A stretch of 64,000 nucleotides of DNA from Eutreptiella sp. 'Long Island Sound 2002' (taxonomy: Eukaryota; Protista; Euglenida): NCBI GenBank assembly GCA_964036045.1, contig OZ038378.1:145080001-145144000 (forward strand). The letters run 5' to 3'. Of the stretch, positions 53,630 to 64,000 are shown in pieces; position 1 is the stretch's first letter; each line of letters opens with the position of its first letter. Below the pieces are notes generated by a model. That model did no database searches and was not told the origin of the DNA. It worked only from the letters and a program-made list of their open reading frames with translations. The translations under genes and the position numbers were made by a program.

Positions 53630-54184
53630 AGTCGTGACCCTGGGATACCCTGACGGATGAGACGCACACGATGGGCTATGAATCGCAGTCGCATCGGGGC
53701 GCCGGACTGCCGGCCGGGCTTTCGGCCGATGGTCGAAAGCCCGGAGGGACACTGGAGGAGACCCGCCATCCGCCGGCACAGACCCTGTCGCCCGGCCCTT
53801 GCCGCACACCTCCTCCACTTTGATGCCGTTGTGTTTGTTGATGTAAGTCTGCCCCTCCTTCTTCACGCACCAATCCCAGTCGTCCGGGTTGGAGTGCAGG
53901 CGCAGGATCATCTGCGCCACGTCATGCGTGTTCTTAAACACCACCACCGTCTTGCCCACGCGGCCGCCCTTCTCCTCCGCCCACTCAATCTCCGACAGCT
54001 TGTCCACAACGTGCGTCACTTGGCGCGGGATAACCATCTTCTTGAGTTCCTTGGCGGACATCCCCTCCGGGATGCAGGACAGGATCACCGTTAACGCCGG
54101 GTCAACCAATCGCTTCTCTTTGGGGAGCGCCATGTAGAGCGTTTCCCGTGCTTGGCACATGATCGGATGGTCGTAAGGGACATC
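53630..54184 (-). CDS. internal exon of DEDDh-like/RRM gene: RRM-like domain 1
   Basis: Acceptor ccctcctctgtcctgccag|GAT (phase 0). LTVILSCIP...GKTVVVF...DWDW. Donor uncertain: phase-0 GT after 53810 or after 53630. Confidence 0.7.
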
Positions 54185-55079
54185 CTGGCAGGACAGAGGA
54201 GGGTGGGGGGAAGGAAGGGCCGGGGCGGGGGAGGGGGAGGGGGAGGGCCATGACGTCAGGTTTTGAAATAACCGGCATAGTCCTGACCCCATGCCAGCCT
54301 CCATCAGTTCAATCTGTCACTCCGTTATGCACCACACACTTGAACCAGTTCTGCACCAAATGTTGCCTCGAGGTCACCGTGATCCCCCGGTCATCGAATG
54401 TTTCCTGGGCAGACTGGGTTGGAACTTCGCTCACCCTCAACCCCGTCCCTGCTCAAGGATGGGGCAAGAATGCACCCCGAACCCCCAGCAAGGGGGAGGA
54501 AGAGGGGGGCATTGCACAGGGCGAACACGGGCACCAAACGACAGTGGTTTGTTGCCCAAGCATGAACTCGGTTGGCGGCGGGGGTGTTTCTTCCGTTGCC
54601 GTCCTGAAAAGCGTCCTGGAAATGATCCAGTAAATTGAGAAAACACGCAATGCCAGAGATGCATTGCGGTGGTGGTGCATTGATGATGGCCACAGTGTGG
54701 AAGATGCAGATGAGGTGGTGGTGCGAGCTTGAACACGCGCACACACATGGCCACGCGGCCCTGCACACACGCCCCCCAGCCATGATGAATGGTGCGAGCA
54801 GTGCGAGCACCGCTCCCCTCGCCGAGACCCCACTAGCTGGCGGCAGTTTGGTGGCCGGGCCCACTGCGGAGCCCTGTTTGCGCACCACCGTCCACGGCAC
54901 ACCCCCTGCACCTCCGGCTGCCCATGCGTTCTGCGGACCAACCCCCGAAGGAGCGCCAACAAGGACCGCGACGAGCACCCACCGATGCCCAGCAGCCGCA
55001 GGAGCCCGCCCAACAGCCTCATGAACCACCAACAACAGAGAACTCCTCATGCCCTCCTCACACGCAAGGGGGCGCTTAC

Positions 55080-55619
55080 ACACACCCTGTACGAGGAATA
55101 GAGCATCCTGGCGTACTGTGCATCAAGCAACGGGTCTCTCTTCGAGCTATCATGGTCGGGAACATCATCGCCCAGCAGCAACTTCACGATGTGGGCCAAA
55201 GAGAAAGGCTGGCAGAGCGTCGGAGAAAGCTGCACGGCGAACCAGTCGGAGGTGTCGATAATACATCCGTAGTCCTCGCCTCTTTGCAACCCGCATGCCT
55301 CCACCACAGCCCCGATGCCGTGCCCAATCAATATGGATTCGGGGCAGATGAAGTGATGCAAGTACTCGGTGACCTGCTCCAAGTGCACCGGGTTGCACTC
55401 CAAAAGGTCGTTGAAGGACTTGAGATTCGTGGACTGCGTGTTCCAGCAGGTCACAGCTCCGTTGGGGACAACGTAGCAGTTCAGCAGAATACCGCCGTCC
55501 TCGTCCAGCAGCGCCACGCAAACAGGCTTGGGGCCCGTGGTGCACGACACCAGTGCCCCGTCCAAATAGAAGAACTTGTAGCCGCTGACAGTGGGGAAAT
55601 CCATATTTGCTGTTCCCAT
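55080..55619 (-). CDS. first coding exon: degenerate DEDDh (RNase T/REX-family) exonuclease domain
   Basis: FFYLDGALV, VALLDEDGGILLNCYVVP, VTCWNT, ILIGHGI, IIDTS, SLAHIVKLLLG, DPLLDAQYARMLY follow the REX/ISG20 motif order. Phase-0 donor TGT|gtaagc (or AGG|gtgtgt). Confidence 0.75.
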
Positions 55620-56422
55620 CGTTTGGTGTTCGATTGTGGTAGAACGGCTTAGGGAGCCAGCCAAGAAAAGGCCTGGTAGACAGAGAGCATCCCGAAAGAA
55701 GTACAAAGAAGAGTTTTTTTTTTGACGAAGCTGCAATGGTGCTGCAACAGTACGAGATAGTCTCGGGACCTAAGTACACTCTCAGAACATACCGTAGTTT
55801 CTTCCCTGTCAATGACAGGGGTCGTGGTTGACACAGAAGGAGCCACTTATATTCCTACCTTGAGTGTACCCGTTGTGCGACCTTGGATTGCCACAAACCT
55901 GTTTGGGCCCTATCATCTCACCTGTGGCAGGTCCTGTTTTCCCGGGGCACGCTCATGGGTGAGTCCGGTGATGACCTGATTCGTCCTGTTGTTTTCGTAG
56001 TGGTCCAAGAAAGAAGTACAAAGATGTGTGTGAATATGGGTGTGAATGTGGATGTGTATGGATGCGGATATGAAATTCAGTACAGTGATGCAGATGAGTG
56101 GTCCCTGCTTGATCAAATTGGTGTATTGCACAGCATCCCAGGAACACCAGGAACACCTGTTCTATCCGGGATCCACGTGTCACATAGCAGCCAACTTGCA
56201 TGCTTCGAACGAAAGCATGACTGTAAAAATCCCACATATATTTGGCCAACAGAGGGCGGTTCTTATAATCCATCCAACTACAGGTGCACCGTCTCTCCCC
56301 TTAACCCCCTCCCTAACCTCTATCCAGTCCACTCTACCAAATCCAACAAAAGCCCACCCCCAGTCTTGCGCAAGGGAGTGCTTCCCATGCGCAAAGAAGT
56401 GATGCGGTTGCGCAAAGAAGAA

Positions 56423-56696
56423 GCACTTCTTTGCGCACGGGTAGCACTTTCTTGCGCAGGGACACCACTTCTTTGCGCAGGGGCAGCACTTCTTTGCACA
56501 CGGGCACCACTTCTTTGCACACGGGCAGCACTTGCTTTTGTAGGGACACCACTTCTTTGCACACGGGCACCACTTCTTTGCACACGGGTAGCACTTCCTT
56601 GCGCAGGGACACCACTTCTTTGCGCAGGGGCAGCACTTCTTTGCACACGGGCAGCACTTCTTTGCGCACGGGCAGCACTTCTTTGCGCACAGGCAG
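56423..56696. repeat. 21-nt minisatellite, ~13 units
   Basis: Unit approximately GCACTTCTTTGCGCACGGGCA. Confidence 0.9.
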
Positions 56697-57899
56697 TAGT
56701 GACACACATCCTAACGGTTGGATGGCGTAAATGCACAGTAAGGTGAACAAATTCCACTTGAGGAGAATGTTTGCCCATTTCACTACTTTTGGCAAAGGCT
56801 TCAATCCAATACTTGCCATTCTGTAGAGAAGCTCCAAAACAGACTGCCACTCTACCAATCCTAGAGGGAAAAAAAAATTACCCCCACCCCTTTTGGAATG
56901 TAAGCCCTTGGGCTATGGTAGGCAAATGCACCCAAAAAGCTGATTTGTTGCCAGTGTCACCCCAATAGGAACCATGCATAGTCGTTGATGGTGTGCATGC
57001 ATGCGTGTCGGAGGTAGCCCACCTTGCATGTCATAACAATATCACTATGGTGGCTGAACAGCTCCTATTTTTGTAGCTCTACAGAAAGGAGGTTTTTTTT
57101 TAATGCGAAAAGATGTATGGACGGATGTTTGGTGTAGCTGTGTGTGCAGTTGCTGGGTTGCGCCCAAAGTAAACTGCAAAACATGTGCGCGGTATGTCAC
57201 AATACCAAGTGTTTGCTCAGCTTGGCGCCCAAGTGAGCCAAATGGTGCCACACATTTAGCGTGTTTGATATGTCCTCCCTCTGCTGTTGGAGCAAGCAGA
57301 TGAGGGCAGTGCAATGTCCCAGAAGTAAAACAGGTGTAGGGGGTGGGGTCGGGGGGATGCGGCTGGGTATTTCGAGATATGAAAAGATTGTGGTGCGTTC
57401 TATTACTTCACAGCGCCATTGCAAAACATTGCAACAGCACTTTTGAGACATGGTTGACATGGAGGGGAAGGACAAATTTCACAAATTGCTGCAAACACTA
57501 GTAGCAGGGCACGAACCAGACTGAAACCCCTAATATTATGTTGGGACTGACTGCGAGGCGGCTGCAATACTCATGCATCGCAGCCGTCTTCTGGGAGAAT
57601 CACACGTAGCCGTGCACACCCGTGCCTGTTTTGTGCTACGGCGTCTTGTATGTGCATATACAGATACGGGCTTGCTTTGTTTTTGTCTGGTAACCCTGTT
57701 TTCATCTGTTTCTGATTTTGCCATTTTTGAATGATCGTCCACCAATACTCACCTTAGGCTAAACAGGGAGAGGGTTTGCAATTTACCTCTCCTCTTGACC
57801 CTTAGCCAGATAAGCTTGCCAAACAGCCTTGTTTCCACATTTGCACCCCACCTCCTGCCCCATAGTCTTGTGGCCTGCAGCCTCGTGGTCCGGTTGCCT

Positions 57900-58010
57900 G
57901 ATGCCCCATAGCTCTCTAGCCCTGTAGCTCCGTAGCCCCATGGGCCCATGACACACGAGCCCCATAGCCTTGTCGCCCCATAGCCCCAGCCTCGTAGCCC
58001 TGAAGCTGCA
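57900..58010. repeat. degenerate 8-nt repeat (GCCCCATA/GCCCTGTA)
   Basis: Direct reading. A reverse-complement-like 8-mer tract occurs at ~61660-61735. Confidence 0.55.
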
Positions 58011-59542
58011 CAGCGGCATTGCCCCAAAGCCCTGTATTGCTCCGATCCAAGACCTGGCACAGTGGCAATTTGTTCTGGTGAGCAAACAGGAACTTCAGAA
58101 AACCCATCCCTGCGGCAGAACACGAACACCACATCTGTAATACGGATGGTGCCAGTCTCAGAGTTTACAGTTCGGAGGGCAAACAGCATATAAACCACCA
58201 GAACTGCAGCACATTGTCCGGCGAGGGTTTTCAATCACTGAAGGCCAAACTCAACAGCAATGAACCACAGACCCTCTGCACGGCATCTCGGCCACGGCGC
58301 ATACGCCGATGTGCTGACGGGTGTGCCACAAGAATCAGTCTGGAGCAGGTCGGCCACTGACCAGGACTTGTAGGGACTGCACCCCAGTGCAGCAGGCCTG
58401 CCAGTGGAGGTGCCCATCAGATATTCCTGTGCTCCATCTGCCAACTGCAGAGCAGCAGCAACAGGCAAAGGAGGGATTGTCAGCCGTCGCATTGCCCCTT
58501 CCCTTTGGGCTCAGGCATGCGTGTGTACTTCAGGCACAACGCCACACAAAGATCTCTGTACCCTGGAGCTTAGGGCAATGTGAGGCAAATTCGCCGCGCA
58601 TACGTGACTCTGGGCACTCGGCGGCGCGCGTGAAGAGAAGGGCTTGCACGTCTTTCGCCATCGGCACGTGTGTGCCCATGCGCGCACCCCATTTGTATTC
58701 CGAATCTGCTCCTCCTGAACTGCCCCTTGAAACCGCCCTGTGCCTTCGATACGATGGCCCCTACAACGTAGTGGCCGGACGCCTGGAAAGGCTAGACTGG
58801 ACAACGCACTGGAGATGACAACAGCATTGCACCAAAGGAACTGCCACACCATAGAACTGCAGAAAGGCGCATTGGGTGTGGACTCGCACCCGGGTGCAGC
58901 TGGCGCACCATTATTTACAGCCTGCCAACAATGACCTGTGTCCCAAGGGGCCCAAGGGGGCAACACTGCAACAGTTTTGTCTGACAGGGACTCAGCCCCT
59001 GCAAGCCCATCCATTTTTGGTGGTCTTGGGGAGGGGGAGTGGGGGAGAGGGGGGCGGGGGAGTCTGGCCAAGGGGTACACAAAAAATTATCGGCATTTCG
59101 CAGGTTGTTTCCAGGACCTCAAGGGGGATATGTGGGCACCATCTCGCATTTTGGGGGTTTAGTCGCCGCTCTGCACTTGGAGAAGGTCTTTGTGCTCCAA
59201 CGACCCATGTTGCTGTGCGCCGTCCAAAGCCCAATGTCTGCGGACTCACCGTTCAGCACTGGGAGTACGCACAGGGGCCAGGTATGCATTCAATAATGGC
59301 CCGGAGGATAGTAAACACCCGTTGGGGGTGGCAAAGGAGTGGTCATGTAGGGCACTGCTTGCGGGCCGTATGGGGCGTACTGGCTGTACTGATACTGCGC
59401 CGTGCCTGTGCAGAAGGAGGTCCCACGGAATGGCAGCAGCGGAAAAGGATTCAGGGAAGGGGTCCCCCTCATCCAGCGGATGGTTGTCATCTCTGGGCCC
59501 TGCACCCAACTGGCCATTGACCACTGGTCTTTGTGCCATTTA

Positions 59543-59840
59543 TGGCTGTGTCCCTGTATGCCTGTGGCTGTGTCTGTGTATGCCTGTGGCTGTGTCTGTG
59601 TATGCCTGTGGCTGTGTCTGTGTATGCCTGTGGCTGTGTCCCTGTATGCCTGTGGCTGTGTCTGTGTATGCCTGTGGCTGTGTCTGTGTATGCCTGTGGC
59701 TGTGTCCCTGTATGCCTGTGGCTGTGTCTGTGTATGCCTGTGGCTGTCTCTGTGTATGCCTGTGGCTGTGTCTGTGTATGCCTGTGGCTGTGTCTGTGTA
59801 TGCCTGTGGCTGTGTCCCTGTATGCCTGTGGCTGTGTCTG
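59543..59840 (-). repeat. 22-nt satellite array, ~13 units, inverted relative to 61737-62945
   Basis: (TGTATGCCTGTGGCTGTGTCTG)n. Confidence 0.95.
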
Positions 59841-61736
59841 CCACAGGCTGTGTGACCGGAACACGGGTTCCTGTCTTTTCTGAGCTCGCCTGAATTCGAA
59901 GAGTGTTCCTGTGTGAGGTTCAAGATGGCGTGCTTCACCCCCTCTGTACAAAAACCTGTTGGTGGTGCCACCCCCTCTTCTGCATTTGTGGATGGGCCCA
60001 CAACAAAAAAATCATCCCTCACTCCCGTGTGCAATTCCGCTACTCCAGTTCATGTAGGTCCTCTGGCCTGGGGTGAGGGGGTTTGCATGTTTGGATCGGT
60101 TTGTTTTTCCGACAACCGATGCATGTCCTGTACTTGTGTGGACTCTAGAGCATGGTGCGACCGACCGATCCAGTGGTCTGGTGCTGGCTGTTCTGCTCAT
60201 TCCTGCGAGATTGCTGGTTCCTTGTTGGCGTCCTTCTCACGGGTCATCATTGCGTCTCACTGTTTGACAGAAATGTACCCATGGTCTGTTAGGCCGCTGA
60301 TGAGCCAATTTTGTTCAGGCACTGTGTGCTCACCGCCTCCTGTGCACACGTGCAATAGCCCATGCTTGCTCGGGGGGAGGGCCCATCTCCATTTCCAATC
60401 TTATGAACTCAGAAGTTAGGTCGAATTTACAGGTCCAGTGGGTAAAGCTTAGCGTCGGCCACTGGCGTACCGCTGCACACCCACTGCTTTGCATCTCTGT
60501 GGCCCACCCACAGGCACCTTCGGGTCCCATCTTCTGTGACAGAAAGGGACCTATGGTCTTATAGGCCACTGACGAGCCCATTTTCTTTCTGCGCTTTTGT
60601 GCTGTCTTCCACTTGTGCACATGTGACATAGCCCAGAGTTCCTTCGGGGGGCACTAATACCCCTTGAGGAGGTGTGCTAAGGACAATTTTATTGATGTGT
60701 ATTTGTCTGCCTGGCTGCGTCGAGTCTGGGTTGGGGTTTGTCTCAGAAGCTTGGGTCTGAGTTCGGCGTAACAGTGTCCAATGTCTTCACAGGACAGCTT
60801 GTTTATCTGTGTGTGCATAGGTTTCTGTTGTGAACCCACCCATCCACCTCAGCTATTGCACCATTGCTTGTGCTTGCCCATGCCTGCCAGGACATGTGCC
60901 AAGCGCCATTGTATTTGTGTTGTTGCTGACATGTCTGCCCTGTTCCAGTCAGGGTCTTCTCAAACATAGTGGGTGTCGAGGATTCGACAGTAGGCACTAG
61001 GCACGTGCAAACACGAACCACCTTCCGTAAATTAGCAACGAGCACCAAGCAATCCCCATGAATCAATAGCACCCCCCAGCAAGTGACAGCAGACACTGGG
61101 CACCCCCTACCGTTTGGGAAGTGGTAACACACACCAAGCACCCCCGAGGAATGAACAACACCCAACAGGAGCACCCACCAGCTTACACCAGGCGCCAGAA
61201 GAATTAATAGCACGCTCGAGGGATGAGCAATCGACGCTATGGTCCAATCGCTCACAGCAACACTTGTCGGACCCCCCCCCCCCCCCCCCGGGCAACAGCC
61301 CATCTCCGGGACAGCCGACCCCCGGAGTAGTCAAACAGGACAAGTCATCCGGGGGCTCCGTTGACACAACCAAAACGCGTTTGGACCCACAGAGGGTCAG
61401 AATGAGCAGTGGCGAGAGGCCAATGGGCGCCGCCAAAGGCAAACAATCAGATGCAGAGGCCTTGTGCCAACCCCCCCCCCCCCGGGTGTCCAACGAACAC
61501 TTCCGTTCGGACCGTGTTTTTTGAGGACCTAAATAATGAGGTACTTAATTTGGGACCGCGCTCCAGAAGCGCAATTTCAGGCTAAAAGTTTGGGGAAATG
61601 AGGGGCTGTCGTGATGTATCTTGCAGTAATGGTGGGCACACAGTAGGGTTGCAGGGCTTAGGGGCTACAGGGATGCGGCACTACAAGGGTCCAGGGCTGC
61701 AGGGCTCCGGAGTCCAGGGCTGCAGGGATGCAGGGT

Positions 61737-62945
61737 GACACAGCCACAGGCATACAGGGACACAGCCACAGGCATTCACAGACACAGCCACAGGCATACA
61801 CAGACACAGCCACAGGCGTACACAGAGACAGCCACAGGCATACACAGAGACAGCCACAGGCATACACAGACACAGCCACAGGCATACAGGGACACAGCCA
61901 CAGGCATACACAGACACAGCCACAGGCATACACAGACACAGCCACAGGCATACACAGACACAGCCACAGGCATACACAGACACAGCCACAGGCATACACA
62001 GAGACAGCCACAGGCATACACAGACACAGCCACAGGCATACAGGGACACAGCCACAGGCATACAGGGACACAGCCACAGGCATACACAGACACAGCCACA
62101 GGCATACACAGACACAGCCACAGGCATACACAGACACAGCCACAGGCATACACAGACACAGCCACAGGCATACACAGACAAAGCCACAGGCATACATAGA
62201 CACAGCCACAGGCATACACAGACACAGCCACAGGCATACAGGGACACAGCCACAGGCATACACAGACACAGCCACAGGCATACACAGACACAGCCACAGG
62301 CATACACAGAGACAGCCACAGGCATACACAGACACAGCCACAGGCATACACAGACACAGCCAAGGCATACAGGGACACAGCCACAGGCATACACAGACAC
62401 AGCCACAGGCATACACAGACACAGCCACAGGCATACACAGACACAGCCACAGGCATACACAGACACAGCCACAGGCATACACAGACACAGCCACAGGCAT
62501 ACACAGACACAGCCACAGGCATACACAGACACAGCCACAGGCATACAGGGACACAGCCACAGGCATACAGGGACACAGCCACAGGCATACACAGACACAG
62601 CCACAGGCATACACAGACACAGCCACAGGCATACACAGACACAGCCACAGGCATACACAGACACAGCCACAGGCATACAGGGACACAGCCACAGGCATAC
62701 AGGGACACAGCCACAGGCATACACAGACACAGCCACAGGCATACACAGACACAGCCACAGGCATACACAGACACAGCCACAGGCATACACAGACACAGCC
62801 ACAGGCATACACAGACACAGCCACAGGCATACACAGAGACAGCCACAGGCATACACAGACACAGCCACAGGCATACACAGACACAGCCACAGGCATACAG
62901 GGACACAGCCACAGGCATACACAGAGACAGCCACAGGCATACACA
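61737..62945 (+). repeat. 22-nt satellite array, ~55 units
   Basis: (GACACAGCCACAGGCATACACA)n with ...TACAGG and GAGAC variants; no spacers. Confidence 0.97.
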
Positions 62946-64000
62946 TTTGATCCACACGGATCCTTGAGCCACATCCGTGACCAGAAATGGTCCGAAGTAA
63001 GGGCTGTCGAGCGTGTTACGCGGCCATGCCTTGAATCTTGTGTGATGTACCAGAACCCAGTCATCAATTTGGTAGATACCTTCTTTTCTTTTGCGGTTCT
63101 TGGTACGATTCTCCTTACTTCTTTTCTTTTCCAGTAATGATGGGCATAGATCGGCGATCCGTTTTTGCTCGGTGAGCCATTCATCAACTTTAGGATTTCC
63201 TTCGCTCGCGCAGGGGAATTCGAAGTTGAAACCTGGCCTCCCTAGGAACAGTTCGGTAGGGGTGAAACCAGTCCTGCTACTCACTTGATTATTCATCAAG
63301 TAGATAGCATATGGGACTAGTTTTAGCCAGTTTCGGCTCTTCTCGTTCAGCATCAGATTCCTCATGACTGTTTTGAAACAGCTGATTTGGCGTTCGCATA
63401 GACAATTCTTTGTTCGTAGGTAAGGAGTTGCGAACTGGACTTCCGTACCCATGGCTCTCATGACGCTTCGGTACCAACCAGTAGGGCTGGTAAACCGGAT
63501 GTCCTGATCGCTATGGATAATCTTGGGTAATCCGTAGATCTGTACCCAACCTTCGAAAATCTCTTTCAATACTCCTTCACCATCCACCTTCTTAGTAAGG
63601 GGAAACACTCGGCTGTAGCGACTGAGTCCATCCGTCACCAGGAGGGCGAAGTCATGGCCAGCGAATTTAGGTAACTCCATAAAATCCACGTAGAGGATGG
63701 AGTTCATTTGGTTCGGAATCGGGAGATTCCTTACCTCACCACGATCCGCTGCAGTGTTAGCTTTAGCCTTAGTGCAGGGACACTCAGCGATGATCTTAGA
63801 TAAAATCTTCTTGAGAGATGCATCAGTACTCTTAGCGAAGAAATACTTCTGGAAGAACCAAAGAGTTCTCTCCACCCCAGGGTGACCATCCGTTTTGTGT
63901 GCCCATTCCAACATAGTTTCTTCGTAGTCTTTGGGGACACAAATGAGGTCTTCCCTGTATAGGTGAGTTGACGTGCGGGACCATCGTACTCCATCCAGGA
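62946..64000 (-). mobile_element. Ty3/Gypsy LTR-retrotransposon integrase (pol 3' part, runs off the window end)
   Basis: HHCC-like AHKTDGHPG...CPCTK; DDE core LYVDF, VTDGLSR, IHSDQ, CERQ; W...L...N...TGFTP; GPY/F motif PYFGPFLV. The frame stays open to 64000. Confidence 0.93.

Noticed and set aside
61737-62945. Possible CRISPR array
   Set aside because: Units are contiguous with no unique spacers, no cas genes are present, and the context is eukaryotic.
61658-63187. Long ORFs of 424-712 aa with CVCLWL / HRHTQTQPQAY repeats, including an apparent integrase-repeat fusion
   Set aside because: They are translations of a stop-free 22-nt satellite open in several frames on both strands. The integrase simply runs into the array.

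Overview
Repeat-rich eukaryotic nuclear DNA, most likely from a euglenid. Two near-complete copies of the euglenid spliced leader (SL, as I recall it ACACTTTCTGAGTGTCTATTTTTTTTCG) are embedded on the minus strand. (1) 19214-23359(-) is an intronless ~1381-aa ORF with an unusual architecture: phytochrome PAS-GAF-PHY photosensory module, F-box-like motif, ~18 RNI-type LRRs, and a PAS-like/Cys4 C-terminus. An SL relic sits 25 nt upstream of its ATG, so it is probably a retrogene and a candidate bilin/light-regulated SCF E3 adaptor. (2) 5539-11918(-) is a full-length L1/Tx1-like LINE (ORF1; APE-RT-CCHC-RNase H ORF2). It starts with a complete SL, has no poly(A) tail, and has a ~17-bp TSD inside a poly-C/poly-G MITE. 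Short SINE-like copies share its 3' stem-loop. Host-type genes: an intronless Sfi1-repeat protein (34847-38806,-), a head-to-head 3-exon 68-aa basic protein (39362-39771,+), and a 3-exon gene with a degenerate DEDDh exonuclease plus two RRM-like domains (51891-55619,-). The rest is decayed LINE, tyrosine-recombinase and Ty3/Gypsy fragments, MITEs, and micro/minisatellites, including two inverted 22-nt arrays. All protein calls come from motif recognition by eye; no database searches were run.
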